Shown here one piece after another: positions 8,528-17,840 of a DNA stretch of 32,000 bases. The number at the start of each line of letters is the position of its first letter. Position 1 is the first letter of the stretch. Origin of the DNA: Cereibacter sphaeroides 2.4.1 (lineage in GTDB: Bacteria; Pseudomonadota; Alphaproteobacteria; Rhodobacterales; Rhodobacteraceae); assembly GCF_000012905.2 (NCBI RefSeq), contig NC_007493.2, positions 2,310,001 through 2,342,000 of the forward strand. The letters are read 5' to 3'. Under the pieces are notes generated by a model. That model was not told the origin of the DNA. It was given only the letters and a program-made list of their open reading frames with translations, and made no database searches. The position numbers and the translations under genes were made by a program.

Positions 8528-8555
8528 CCCGGTCCCTCCTCCTCGAGGGACCGGG
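8528..8555 (-). other. Intra-operon hairpin between adk stop and DUF4212 start
   Basis: CCCGGTCCCTC pairs with GAGGGACCGGG to give an 11-bp stem (8528-8538 / 8545-8555) with a 6-nt loop. On the transcript it lies 6 nt after the adk TAA. No U-tract follows. Confidence 0.4.
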
Positions 8556-8561
8556 GCTCGT

Positions 8562-9251
8562 TTACGCCGACACGCGGCCCACGATACGGCCCAGCGCGCT
8601 CGCGATCTCGTCGATGGCTCCCATCGCATCGATCCGTTCGAGCACGCCGCAGCCGTCGTAGTAGGCGATCAGCGGGGCCGTCTGCGCATGGTAGGCGGCG
8701 AGCCGCGCTCCCACGGTGTCGGCATTGTCGTCGGGACGGCGCTTGAACTCCGTCCCGCCGCACTTGTCGCAGGTCCCCGCGCGCGCGGGCTGCTTGAAGC
8801 TGTCGTGGTATCCCTCACCGCAGGCGGCGCAGGTGCTGCGGCCCGACACCCGCTCGACCATCGCCCCGTCATCGACCTCGAGGCTGATCGCCGCCGTGAC
8901 CCGCTGGCCCGCCCGCTCGAGGAGCCCGTCGAGGGCCGCGGCCTGCCCCGCGGTGCGGGGAAAGCCGTCGAGGATGATGCCGCGCGCGACATCGGGCTGC
9001 GCCATCCGGTCGGCGAGGATCGCCAGCACGATCTCGTCGGACACGAGGCCCCCCGCCTCCATCACCGCCTTCGCGGCCATGCCTGCGGGCGTGCCCGCGG
9101 CCACCGCCGCGCGCAGCAGATCGCCCGTCGAAAGCTGGACGAGGCCGAAGCGCTCCTCGAGCATCCGGGCCTGGGTGCCCTTGCCCGCGCCCGGAGGCCC
9201 GAGCAGGATCAGCACGGGCGGACGGGTGGTCGTCTCGGTCACGCCCTCCAT
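8562..9251 (-). CDS. adk: Adenylate kinase (long form, Cys4 lid)
   Basis: 229 aa with P-loop LILLGPPGAGKGTQ and GFPRT. The lid has CAACG...CDKCG. The ATG at 9251 lies 3 nt after the acs stop codon. Confidence 0.9.
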   Translation of the reverse strand: MEGVTETTTRPPVLILLGPPGAGKGTQARMLEERFGLVQLSTGDLLRAAVAAGTPAGMAAKAVMEAGGLVSDEIVLAILADRMAQPDVARGIILDGFPRTAGQAAALDGLLERAGQRVTAAISLEVDDGAMVERVSGRSTCAACGEGYHDSFKQPARAGTCDKCGGTEFKRRPDDNADTVGARLAAYHAQTAPLIAYYDGCGVLERIDAMGAIDEIASALGRIVGRVSA

Positions 9252-9254
9252 GCC

Positions 9255-11216
9255 TCAGCCCCGGTTCTTGCGGTTGGCGATCAGGTCGTCGACCACCGAC
9301 GGATCGGCCAGCGTCGTGGTGTCGCCGAGCGAGCCGAAGTCGTTCTCGGCGATCTTGCGCAGGATGCGGCGCATGATCTTGCCCGAGCGGGTCTTGGGCA
9401 GGCCCGGCGCCCACTGGATCACGTCCGGCGAGGCGATGGGGCCGATCTCGGTGCGGACCCATTTCACCAGATCCTTGCGCAGCTCCTCGGTCGGCTGGAC
9501 CCCGTTCATCAGCGTGACATAGGCATAGATGCCCTGCCCCTTGATGTCGTGCGGATAGCCCACCACCGCGGCTTCGGCGACCTGCGCATGGGCGACGAGC
9601 GCGGATTCCACCTCGGCGGTGCCCATCCGGTGGCCCGAGACGTTGATGACGTCATCGACCCGGCCCGTGACCCAGTAATAGCCGTCCGCATCGCGGCGGC
9701 AGCCGTCGCCGGTGAAGTAATAGCCCTTGTATTGCGAGAAATAGGCCTCTTCGAACCGCTCGTGGTCGCCCCAGAGCGTGCGCATCTGCCCCGGCCAGCT
9801 GTCGGCGATGCAGAGCACCCCCTCGGTCGCGGTTTCGTGCAGCTCGTGCCCGTCGGTCGGGTCGAGGATCACCGGCTTCACCCCGAAGAAGGGCTTCGAG
9901 GCCGCGCCCGGCTTCACCGGGATCGCGCCCGGCAGCGGCGTGATCATGTGGCCGCCGGTCTCGGTCTGCCAGAAGGTGTCGACGATCGGGCAGCGGCCCT
10001 TGCCGACATGGGTGTTGTACCAGCTCCAGGCCTCGGGGTTGATCGGCTCGCCCACCGAGCCCAAGAGCTTCAGCGACGACAGGTCGTACTTGTCGACCCA
10101 TTCCGGCCCGAGGCCCATCAGCGAGCGGATCGCCGTGGGCGCGGTGTAGAACTGGTTCACCTTGTGCTTCTCGCAGACGGCCCAGAAGCGGCCCGCATCG
10201 GGATAGGTCGGCACGCCCTCGAACATGAGCGTGGTCGCGCCGTTCGCCAGCGGGCCGTAGACGATGTAGCTGTGGCCCGTGACCCAGCCCACGTCCGCGG
10301 TGCACCAGAAGACGTCGCCGTCATGGTAGTCGAAGGTCATCTGATGGGTCATGGCGGCATAGGTCAGATAGCCGCCCGAGGTGTGCACGACCCCCTTCGG
10401 CTTGCCGGTCGAGCCCGAGGTATAGAGGATGAAGAGCGGATCCTCGGCATTCACCTCCTCGATCGGGCAGTCGGGCGAGGCGTGGCGCATCAGCTCCTTC
10501 ACGTCCACGTCGCGGCCGTCCATCCAGTGGATCTGGTCGCCCGTGTGCTTGACGACGAGGCAGCGCACCCGGTCCGAGCAATGGAGAAGGGCTGCGTCGG
10601 TGTTCGACTTCAAGGGCGTGCGCCGGCCGCCACGCGGAGCCGTGTCGGCGGTGATGACCACCTTGGCCTGACAGTCGTTGATCCGGTTCGCCAGCGCGTC
10701 GGGCGAGAAGCCCGCGAAGACGACGGAATGGATGGCGCCGATCCGGGCGCACGCCAGCATCGCATAGGCGGCCTCGGGGATCATCGGCAGATACATCACC
10801 ACCCGGTCGCCCTTGCGCACGCCCTGGCTCACCAGCACGTTGGCCATGCGGCAGACGTTGTCGTGCAGCTCCTGATAGCTGATGTGCTGGGCCGGCACGT
10901 TCGGATCGTCCGGCTCCCAGATGATCGCGGTCTGCTTGGCCCGCGTCGCCAGATGCCGGTCGATGCAGTTCCAGGCGATGTTCAGCGTGCCGTCCTCGAA
11001 CCACTTGATCGAGACCTCGCCCGGCCGGAAGTTCGTGTTCTTGACCTTGGTGTAGGGCTTGATCCAGTCGAGCCGCTTGCCCTGTTCGCCCCAGAACGCC
11101 TCCGGGTCGGCCACGGATGCAGCATACATCCGCTCGTAGCCGGCCGCGTCGACATGGGCTTGCGCAATGAAATCTGCCGACGCGGTATAGACCGCATTCG
11201 CCTGAGCGTGATCCAT
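9255..11216 (-). CDS. acs: Acetyl-CoA synthetase (AMP-forming)
   Basis: 653 aa with ATG at 11216 and a GGAGGAG Shine-Dalgarno. The AMP-binding motif [20 protein letters not shown] and the C-terminal [17 protein letters not shown] (acetylatable Lys context) are present. Confidence 0.97.
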   Translation of the reverse strand: MDHAQANAVYTASADFIAQAHVDAAGYERMYAASVADPEAFWGEQGKRLDWIKPYTKVKNTNFRPGEVSIKWFEDGTLNIAWNCIDRHLATRAKQTAIIWEPDDPNVPAQHISYQELHDNVCRMANVLVSQGVRKGDRVVMYLPMIPEAAYAMLACARIGAIHSVVFAGFSPDALANRINDCQAKVVITADTAPRGGRRTPLKSNTDAALLHCSDRVRCLVVKHTGDQIHWMDGRDVDVKELMRHASPDCPIEEVNAEDPLFILYTSGSTGKPKGVVHTSGGYLTYAAMTHQMTFDYHDGDVFWCTADVGWVTGHSYIVYGPLANGATTLMFEGVPTYPDAGRFWAVCEKHKVNQFYTAPTAIRSLMGLGPEWVDKYDLSSLKLLGSVGEPINPEAWSWYNTHVGKGRCPIVDTFWQTETGGHMITPLPGAIPVKPGAASKPFFGVKPVILDPTDGHELHETATEGVLCIADSWPGQMRTLWGDHERFEEAYFSQYKGYYFTGDGCRRDADGYYWVTGRVDDVINVSGHRMGTAEVESALVAHAQVAEAAVVGYPHDIKGQGIYAYVTLMNGVQPTEELRKDLVKWVRTEIGPIASPDVIQWAPGLPKTRSGKIMRRILRKIAENDFGSLGDTTTLADPSVVDDLIANRKNRG

Positions 11217-11284
11217 GAAAGCTCCTCCAACAGTCGGGCCGCGCGCGGCCCGCTACAAGGCCGCAACGGCGGCCACCCTCCTCC

Positions 11285-11312
11285 ATTAGCCAGAGTGTAA
11301 CGCATCAGTCAA
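11285..11312 (-). promoter_or_regulatory. Candidate sigma70-type promoter for the acs operon
   Basis: The minus strand reads TTGACT (11312-11307) - 16 nt - GCTAAT (11290-11285), about 70 nt upstream of the acs ATG at the edge of an AT-rich island. This rests on pattern match only. Confidence 0.3.
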
Positions 11313-11568
11313 TTTTCGCGTAACTCTTTTTGCCACCATGATTTTTCTGTCACTTTTTTTACTGGATTCGTCGAAAAGCTGTAAATCATGAAAACGGACA
11401 GCGCCATTTGCGCTTGTTTTTCAACGTTCTGCCCGCGCGCGAATGACGCAGGGGCAGGCGCCCGCACAAGGAGAGCCCGAGGCACGGGCGCTGCGGCTCC
11501 CTCCACGCGAGAGCGGCCAGCGGCGCTATGCCGCTGCCGGCGAGGGCCCCCTCGGCTCTGCGATTCGG

Positions 11569-13207
11569 TCAGCTCTCGGAAAGGATCGCGTCTGCGCCCG
11601 CAATGTCTGGCGCATAGCGCACCAGCGGCTCGCGCAGGCCCTGCGCGAGGAGCACGCGGCGCACCTCGAGATTGGCCCCGGTCAGGAAGAGCTGCCCGCC
11701 CCCCCCGGTGCATCTTGTGGGCGAGGAGTTCGAACGAGCGCGCGCCCGAACTGTCGATGAAGGGCACTTCGGTGAAGTCCAGCACGAAGGCACGCGGCCG
11801 CTCGGCGAACCGGTCGAGGGCCGAGCCGAGCATCGCCGCCGCCCCGAAGAAATAGGGCCCGCGCAGCCGGTAGACGACGCGCTCGGCCGTGACGGCGCCG
11901 CCCGCCTCGGGCACCTGCGCGGGCTCGGCCGAGGCCGCGTCGGACATGCGCCGGATGAAGACGAGCCCGCCGAGCGCGAAACCCACGACGATCCCCTCGG
12001 TCAGGTCCCGGAACACCACGAGCAGGAAGGTCGCAAGCACGACCATCGCATCGCCGCGCGAGGTGCGCAGGAGGGCCCAGAATTCCTCCTTCTCGAACAT
12101 GTTCCACGCCACGACGGCGAGGAGCCCCGCCAGCGCCGCCAGCGGGATGTAGGCCGCAAGCGGGGCCGCCACCAGCATGAAGCCCAGCACGAAGAGCGCA
12201 TGCAGCATCCCCGATACCGGCCCGCGCGAGCCTGCGCGCACGTTGGTGGCCGTCCGGGCGATGGTGCCCGTCACGCAGAAGCCGCCGAAGAGCGCCGAGC
12301 CCACATTGGCCCAGCCCTGCGCGATGAGCTCGGCATTGGGCCGGTGCTGCGTCCCCGCCATCCCGTCCGCCACCACGGCCGAAAGAAGCGACTCGATGGC
12401 GCCGAGCAGCGTGAAGCTCACCGCCCACGGCAGCGCCGCAAGGATCGCCTCGCGGTCGAGGGCCGGCAGGGCGGGCGTCGGCAGCATCTTCGGCAATTCG
12501 CCGAAGCGCGTGCCGATGGTCTCGACCGGCAGCTTCAGCACGAGCACCGCGACCGAGGCCAGAACGATGGCGATGAGAAGGCTCGGCAGCCGCGGGGAGA
12601 GGCGCTTCAGCCCCTCGATCATGGCGATGGTGCCCACCGCCACGCCGAGGGCCGCGGGGGTGATCGTCTCGCGCGCGGCCCAGAGCGCCGCGACCTTCTC
12701 CACCAGCGCCGAAGGCTCGGGCCCCGCGAGCGTCAGGCCCAGCAGCTCCTTCATCTGGCTCGCGGCAATGATGACCGCGATCCCCGCCGTGAAGCCCACC
12801 GTCACCGGATAGGGGATGAAGCGGATGTAGCTGCCGAGCTTCAGCGTGCCCACCGCGATCAGCAGGAAGCCCGACAGGAAGGTGGCGAGGATCAGCCCCT
12901 CGATCCCCGTCTGCATCACGCAGGCCGCGACAAGGACGATGAAGGCGCCCGCGGGGCCTCCGATCTGGAAGCGGCTCCCGCCCAGCGCCGAGACGAGAAA
13001 GCCGCCCACGATGGCGGTATAGAGCCCGCGCTCGGGCCCCACGCCCGAAGCGATGGCGATGGCGGTCGACAGCGGCAGCGCGACGATCGCCACGGTCAGG
13101 CCCGCCAGCGCATCGGCGCGCAGGTCGCGCAGCCCGTAGCCTTCGCGGAACACGGTCACGATCTTCGGCAGAAAGTGATCCCAGAAGGTGAGGCTTGTCC
13201 CGCGCAT
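11569..13207 (-). pseudogene. SulP-family anion transporter with C-terminal STAS domain, interrupted by a +1 frameshift in a C8/G8 homopolymer (or a sequencing error)
   Basis: ATG at 13207. The N-terminus and TM core are typical of SulP (DauA/YchM-like): LRADALAGLTVAIVALPLSTAIAIASG. After ...FELLAHKMHRGG the frame turns into Arg/Pro/Ala junk and runs to 11309. The ORF 11569-11793 in the adjacent frame supplies a proper STAS end, GGGQLFLTGANLEVRRVLLAQGL...ILSES. Removing one C from the run 11699-11706 joins the two frames. Confidence 0.75.
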
Positions 13208-13279
13208 GTCCGTGCCTGTATCGCTGATTTTCGCAAGCGGAGCGCCCGGCTCCGCAGCTTGTCAAGCGTTCCCCGGATC

Positions 13280-13774
13280 ATGCCCGAGCCCCGAGACCTT
13301 CTTCAGTCGGCCGATGACGAGGCCCGCGCCCTCGCCCGGAGCCTCCTCGCCCGCGCGCGCCACGCCGCGCTGGCCGTCACCGATCCCGCCACCGGCACGC
13401 CGGGAATCAGCTTGATCGCCTTCGGGCTCGACCCGGAGGGCCTGCCGCTGACGCTCGTCTCCGCCCTCGCGCCCCACCGCGAGGCGCTGCGGCTTCACCC
13501 CGAGGCGGCCGTCCTCGTGGGCGAACCCGGCGAGAGGGGCGACCCTTTGACGCACCCCCGGCTGATGGTGAAGGTGCGGGCCGCGCAGGTCGCCCGGACG
13601 GCGCCCCGGCACGAGGCGCTCCGCGCCCACTGGCTGGCCACCCATCCCAAGGCCAGGCTCTATATCGACTTCCCCGATTTCGCCTTCGTGCGCCTCGCGC
13701 CGGTCTCGGCGGTGCTGAACGGCGGCTTCGGCCGCGCCTGGCGCCTCGCGCCCGAGGATCTGCGCCCGGAATGA
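13280..13774 (+). CDS. Pyridoxamine 5'-phosphate oxidase-fold / HugZ-like FMN- or heme-binding family protein
   Basis: ATG at 13280, in frame with the C-terminal part of the listed ORF 11672-13774. The 164-aa product MPEPRDLLQSADDEARALARSLL...ALAVTDPATGTPGISLIAF...LYIDFPDFAFVRLAPVSAVLNGGFGRA resembles COG0748/HugZ-type split-barrel proteins. Confidence 0.6.
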   Translation: MPEPRDLLQSADDEARALARSLLARARHAALAVTDPATGTPGISLIAFGLDPEGLPLTLVSALAPHREALRLHPEAAVLVGEPGERGDPLTHPRLMVKVRAAQVARTAPRHEALRAHWLATHPKARLYIDFPDFAFVRLAPVSAVLNGGFGRAWRLAPEDLRPE

Positions 13775-13923
13775 CGGACCACCCCGGGGCCTGTCAGGCC
13801 CGGAGCCCGCTGCCCTCCGGGCTTCCCGCCCCCTCCCCCACGCGACAGTCAGGGCGCGTAATCGCGCGCGGGCTTGCCAGCGGCCTGCCGGCCTCGCTAC
13901 CTTCCGTGCATGAGGATGATCGC

Positions 13924-15381
13924 ATGACCTTCACCCGGCGCTGGCTGCTCTCGGCGCTTCTGGCCAGCGCGGCCACGCCGGTGCTGGCCGAGGCCCCGCT
14001 CACCTCGCCGCGCCCGCCGCGCCGCGGCTTTCTCGAGCCGCCGCCCGAGGCGGGCGACCTCGTCGCGCGCGCGGCCCTCGGGGGCGCGGCGGCCTATGTG
14101 GTGGCCGATGCCCGCAGCGGCACCGTGCTCGAAGCCGCGAATGCGGCGCTCCGCCTGCCGCCCGCCAGCACGGCCAAGACGGTGACGGCCCTCTACGGGC
14201 TCGAGACGCTCGGGCCCGACTTCCGCTTCACGACCCGGCTCCTCGCCACGGGACCGATCACGAACGGCATCCTGCAGGGCGACCTCATCCTCTCGGGCTC
14301 GGGCGATCCCACGCTTTCGACCGATGCGCTGGGCGAGATGGCGGCGCGGCTCCGCGCCCGCGGCATCACCGGCATCACCGGCCGCTATCTGGCCGATGCG
14401 AGCGCGCTGCCCGCCGTGCCCTTGATCGATCCCGAACAGCCCGACCATGTGGGCTACAACCCCGCCCTCTCCGGCCTCAACCTCAACTTCAACCGCGTGC
14501 ATTTCGAGTGGAAGCAGGCGGCGAAGGGCTGGTCGGTGACGATGGACGCCCGCGCTGAGCGCTTCGTGCCGCCCGTGTCGATGGCGCGGATGAAGGTCGT
14601 GACGCGCGACCTGCCGATCTACACCTATGCCGGCGATCAGGGCTCGGACAGCTGGACGGTGGCGAGCGGCGCCCTCGGTGCGGCGGGCAGCCGCTGGCTG
14701 CCGGTGCGCCATCCCGAGGCCTACACCGCCGAAGTCTTCCAGACCCTCGCCCGCGCGCAGGGCATCGAACTGCCCGCGGCGCAGGTCGTCCGGGTCCGCC
14801 CCGAAGGCGCGGCGCTGGTCGAGTGGCAGAGCGACCCCCTGCGCGAGATCCTGCGCGACATGCTGAAGTTCTCCACCAACATCACGGCCGAGGCGGTGGG
14901 CCTTGCGGCCTCGGGTGCGCCGTCGCTCGCGCAGTCGGCCGCCGCCATGAGCGCCTGGGCCAACCGGCGCTTCGGCCTCTCGACCGCGTTCCACGACCAT
15001 TCCGGGCTGGGCGGCGGCTCGCTCGTCTCGGCCGCGGACATGGTGACGGCGCTCCTTGCCGCCGAGCGCGAGGGGCTCGGCCTGCGCCCGCTCCTGAAGC
15101 GGACCGAGATCGGCGGCGGCAAGGGCACGAAGAAGGGCGCGCGACGCATCGCCGTCGCGGCCAAGACCGGCACGCTCAACTTCGTGTCGGGCCTCGTGGG
15201 CATCGCCACGGCCCAAGACGGGCGCGACCTCGTCTTCGCCATCTATTGCGCCGACCGCGACCGCCGGTCGGCCCTGCCGATGGAGGCGCGCGAGCGCCCG
15301 CCCGGCGGCTCGGCCTGGCTCGGCCGGGCCCGCGCGCTGCAGCGCGCCCTCATCGAACGCTGGGCCGCCCTTCCCGCCTGA
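13924..15381 (+). CDS. dacB: D-alanyl-D-alanine carboxypeptidase/endopeptidase (PBP4, peptidase S13)
   Basis: I prefer the ATG at 13924 (GAGGATG upstream), which puts the signal peptide MTFTRRWLLSALLASAATPVLA at the N-terminus. The motifs SxxK (STAKTVTA) and KTG (AKTGTL) are present. The length and layout fit PBP4. Confidence 0.85.
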   Translation: MTFTRRWLLSALLASAATPVLAEAPLTSPRPPRRGFLEPPPEAGDLVARAALGGAAAYVVADARSGTVLEAANAALRLPPASTAKTVTALYGLETLGPDFRFTTRLLATGPITNGILQGDLILSGSGDPTLSTDALGEMAARLRARGITGITGRYLADASALPAVPLIDPEQPDHVGYNPALSGLNLNFNRVHFEWKQAAKGWSVTMDARAERFVPPVSMARMKVVTRDLPIYTYAGDQGSDSWTVASGALGAAGSRWLPVRHPEAYTAEVFQTLARAQGIELPAAQVVRVRPEGAALVEWQSDPLREILRDMLKFSTNITAEAVGLAASGAPSLAQSAAAMSAWANRRFGLSTAFHDHSGLGGGSLVSAADMVTALLAAEREGLGLRPLLKRTEIGGGKGTKKGARRIAVAAKTGTLNFVSGLVGIATAQDGRDLVFAIYCADRDRRSALPMEARERPPGGSAWLGRARALQRALIERWAALPA

Positions 15382-15414
15382 CCGCTCGCCACCCCACCGC
15401 CTTCCGTCTTTCAC

Positions 15415-15466
15415 TCTGCCCAAATATCCTCGGGGGAGCCGCCCCGGAGGGGCGGCCGGGGGCAGA
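15415..15466. terminator. Nested hairpin in convergent intergenic region (dacB / terB-like)
   Basis: The inner stem is GCCGCCCC (15438-15445) / GGGGCGGC (15449-15456) with a 3-nt loop. The outer stem is TCTGCCC (15415-15421) / GGGCAGA (15460-15466). It lies between two convergent stop codons. Confidence 0.45.
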
Positions 15467-15540
15467 CAGCCCCCGTCGACGCCAGACCCCGCAAAGCGGT
15501 GCGAGGGCGCGTGACCTTCCTGCGACGGAGCGGCGATGCC

Positions 15541-15984
15541 TCAGACCAGCATGTGACGGGCGCGCGCGCCGCGCTCGATCGCGGCCGCATGGAGGCGGTC
15601 GATGTCGAGCTCGTTGCGGATCTCCTCGAGCATCCGGAGCTCGGGCTGTCCCAGAGCGCCGTCCGCCGCGGCCACGTCGCAGGCCAGCGCATAGGCCGTC
15701 TCGTAGAGCCGGTCCTCGAGCGCCGCCCGGATCAGGCCGAAGAGCGCATCGAGCCCCTCGTCCTCCTCGAAGAGGTCGATGATCGTCTGGGCGATGGGCC
15801 GGATGCGGTCGCCGTCGTAGCCCGCGAAGATCGGCAGATGGTTCACGATCCGCTCGATGGCGATCAGCTCGACCGTCCGCACCGTCTCGTCCGAGAAGGA
15901 CACCGCGATCATGATGGCCACGAGGGCATCCTGAGGGCTGAGCGAGGAGAGCGTATCGGCCAAGGGAGGCCTCCTGAATTCCAT
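15541..15984 (-). CDS. TerB-like (tellurite-resistance TerB domain) protein
   Basis: The sequence [32 protein letters not shown]...[35 protein letters not shown] fits the TerB four-helix repeat pattern. The start is ambiguous. The ATG at 15984 has no Shine-Dalgarno. An in-frame TTG at 15963 has AGGAGG 6 nt upstream. Confidence 0.7.
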   Translation of the reverse strand: MEFRRPPLADTLSSLSPQDALVAIMIAVSFSDETVRTVELIAIERIVNHLPIFAGYDGDRIRPIAQTIIDLFEEDEGLDALFGLIRAALEDRLYETAYALACDVAAADGALGQPELRMLEEIRNELDIDRLHAAAIERGARARHMLV

Positions 15985-16220
15985 GTTTTGGCGCACAATA
16001 TGGCCTGCCCCCCGGCCCGGCAAGTCGGGCCGAACCGGATCACGGAGGCGTCAGCCGCGCCGGGCCGCGCTCTGCCCGAAACCGGGCCTGCGGCGCTGCT
16101 CCCGCCACCGGGGCGAGGCGCGCCCGGGCCTTGGGAATATTGACGCGCTCCCCCCCCGGCAATAGAGGACGGAGGTTCGGGGCGGCACGGGGCCGCCCGA
16201 CTGCCCGAGGAACTCAGCCC

Positions 16221-17801
16221 ATGTCCGCCCTCCGCGAAGCCGCGATGACGTCCAAAGCCTGGCCCTTCGAAGAGGCCCGCCGGATCCTCGCCCGCTTCAA
16301 GGGCAAGGCGCCCGACAAGGGCTATGTCCTGTTCGAGACCGGCTACGGCCCCTCGGGCCTGCCCCACATCGGCACCTTCGGCGAGGTGGCGCGGACGACG
16401 ATGATCCGGCGCGCCTTCGAGGCGATCTCGGACATCCCGACCCGCCTCATCTGCTTCTCGGACGATATGGACGGGATGCGCAAGGTGCCCGACAACGTGC
16501 CCAACGGCGCCATGCTGCGCGAGAACCTGCAGCGCCCGCTGACCTCGGTCCCCGACCCGTTCGGCGAGTTCGAGAGCTTCGGCCACCACAACAACGCGAT
16601 GCTGCGCCGCTTCCTCGACACGTTCGGCTTCGAATACGAGTTCATCTCGGCCACCGACTTCTACAGGTCGGGCCAGTTCGACGCGACGCTCCTGCGCGCC
16701 TGCGAGCGCTACGACGCGCTGATGGAGATCATGATGGCCTCCTTGCGTGAGGAGCGCCAGCAGACCTATTCGATCTTCCTGCCGATCTCGCCCACCACCG
16801 GCCGGGTGCTCTATGTGCCGTTGAAGGAGGTGAACGCCAAGGACGGCACCATCACCTTCGACGACGAGGACGGCACCGATACCACGCTGCCGGTCACGGG
16901 CGGCAATGTGAAGCTGCAGTGGAAGCCCGATTTCGGCGCCCGTTGGGCGGCGCTGGACGTCGATTTCGAGATGTACGGCAAGGACCATTCCACCAACACG
17001 CCGATCTATGACGGGATCTGCGAGGTGCTGGGCGGCAGGAAGCCCGAGCATTTCACCTATGAGCTGTTCCTCGACGACAAGGGCGAGAAGATCTCGAAGT
17101 CGAAGGGCAACGGGCTGACCATCGACGAATGGCTCACCTACGCTTCGACCGAGAGCCTGAGCTACTTCATGTTCCTCAAGCCCAAGACCGCGAAGCGGAT
17201 GCATTTCGACGTGATCCCGAAGGCGGTGGACGAATATCACCAGCAGCTGCGCGCCTATCCCGGGCAGGAGCCGGCCAAGCAGATCGACAATCCGGTCTGG
17301 CACATCCACCACGGCGCCCCGCCCGAATCGAAGATGGTGGTGAGCTTCGCCATGCTCCTCAACCTCGCCTCGGTGGCGCAGGCGCAGGACAAGGACGGGC
17401 TCTGGGGCTTCATCAAGCGCTATGCGCCCGAGGCCAGCCCCGAGACCCATCCGGATCTCGACGCGGCGGCGGGCTTCGCGGTGCGCTACTTCCACGATTT
17501 CGTGGCGCCGAAGCGCGTCTACCGGCTGCCCACGGATCAGGAGCGCGCCGCGATCGGCGACCTGCGCGCCCGCCTCGCGGCCTGGAACGGCGGGCTCGAT
17601 GCCGAGGCGCTGCAGTCGATGGTCTTCGCCGTGGGCAAGGAGCATGGTTTCGAGCCGCTGCGCGACTGGTTCAAGGCACTCTACGAGGTGCTGCTCGGAG
17701 CCTCGGAAGGGCCGCGCTTCGGCGGCTTCGTGGCGCTCTACGGCGTGACCGAGACCATCGCCCTGATCGACCGCGCCCTCGCGGGCGAGCTCGCGGCCTG
17801 A
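16221..17801 (+). CDS. lysK: Lysine--tRNA ligase, class I
   Basis: The sequence [23 protein letters not shown]...[15 protein letters not shown] carries a HIGH-type motif, and KISKSKGNG is a KMSKS-type motif. The size and layout fit class I LysRS as used by many alphaproteobacteria. The ATG at 16221 has GAGGA upstream. Confidence 0.93.
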   Translation: MSALREAAMTSKAWPFEEARRILARFKGKAPDKGYVLFETGYGPSGLPHIGTFGEVARTTMIRRAFEAISDIPTRLICFSDDMDGMRKVPDNVPNGAMLRENLQRPLTSVPDPFGEFESFGHHNNAMLRRFLDTFGFEYEFISATDFYRSGQFDATLLRACERYDALMEIMMASLREERQQTYSIFLPISPTTGRVLYVPLKEVNAKDGTITFDDEDGTDTTLPVTGGNVKLQWKPDFGARWAALDVDFEMYGKDHSTNTPIYDGICEVLGGRKPEHFTYELFLDDKGEKISKSKGNGLTIDEWLTYASTESLSYFMFLKPKTAKRMHFDVIPKAVDEYHQQLRAYPGQEPAKQIDNPVWHIHHGAPPESKMVVSFAMLLNLASVAQAQDKDGLWGFIKRYAPEASPETHPDLDAAAGFAVRYFHDFVAPKRVYRLPTDQERAAIGDLRARLAAWNGGLDAEALQSMVFAVGKEHGFEPLRDWFKALYEVLLGASEGPRFGGFVALYGVTETIALIDRALAGELAA

Positions 17802-17812
17802 CAGGCCCCGCC

Positions 17813-17840
17813 CCGCCCGATCCCGCTGCGGATCGGGCGG
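17813..17840 (+). terminator. Hairpin downstream of lysK
   Basis: 11-bp stem CCGCCCGATCC (17813-17823) / GGATCGGGCGG (17830-17840) with a 6-nt loop, 12 nt after the lysK stop. There is no clear T-tract. Confidence 0.45.

Noticed and set aside
8233-8763. 176-aa minus ORF overlapping the DUF4212 gene and the adk 3' end
   Set aside because: It is out of frame with two well-supported genes and has junk-like composition.
8688-11300. 870-aa + strand ORF
   Set aside because: It is antisense to adk and acs, both of which are unmistakable on the minus strand.
11309-11568. C-terminal 87 codons or so of the listed 632-aa SulP ORF, running into the AT-rich region
   Set aside because: This part of the ORF lies downstream of the homopolymer frameshift. 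It is junk-like (Arg/Pro/Ala-rich, then AT-rich readthrough). The adjacent frame gives a proper STAS end with its stop at 11569.
11672-13279. Upstream 536 codons of the listed 700-aa + ORF
   Set aside because: It is antisense to the SulP transporter. Only the last 164 codons, from the ATG at 13280, look like a real (HugZ/PNPOx-like) protein.
13771-13923. N-terminal 51-codon extension of the PBP4 ORF (ATG overlapping the upstream stop)
   Set aside because: The extension is Pro/Ser/Ala-rich and would bury the signal peptide internally. The ATG at 13924 has a Shine-Dalgarno and places the signal peptide at the N-terminus.
16150-16157. C8 homopolymer upstream of lysK as a possible phase-variable promoter spacer
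   Set aside because: I could not find a convincing -10 element; TTGACG at 16140 is followed only by weak candidates. lysK is an essential gene, so phase variation is implausible.
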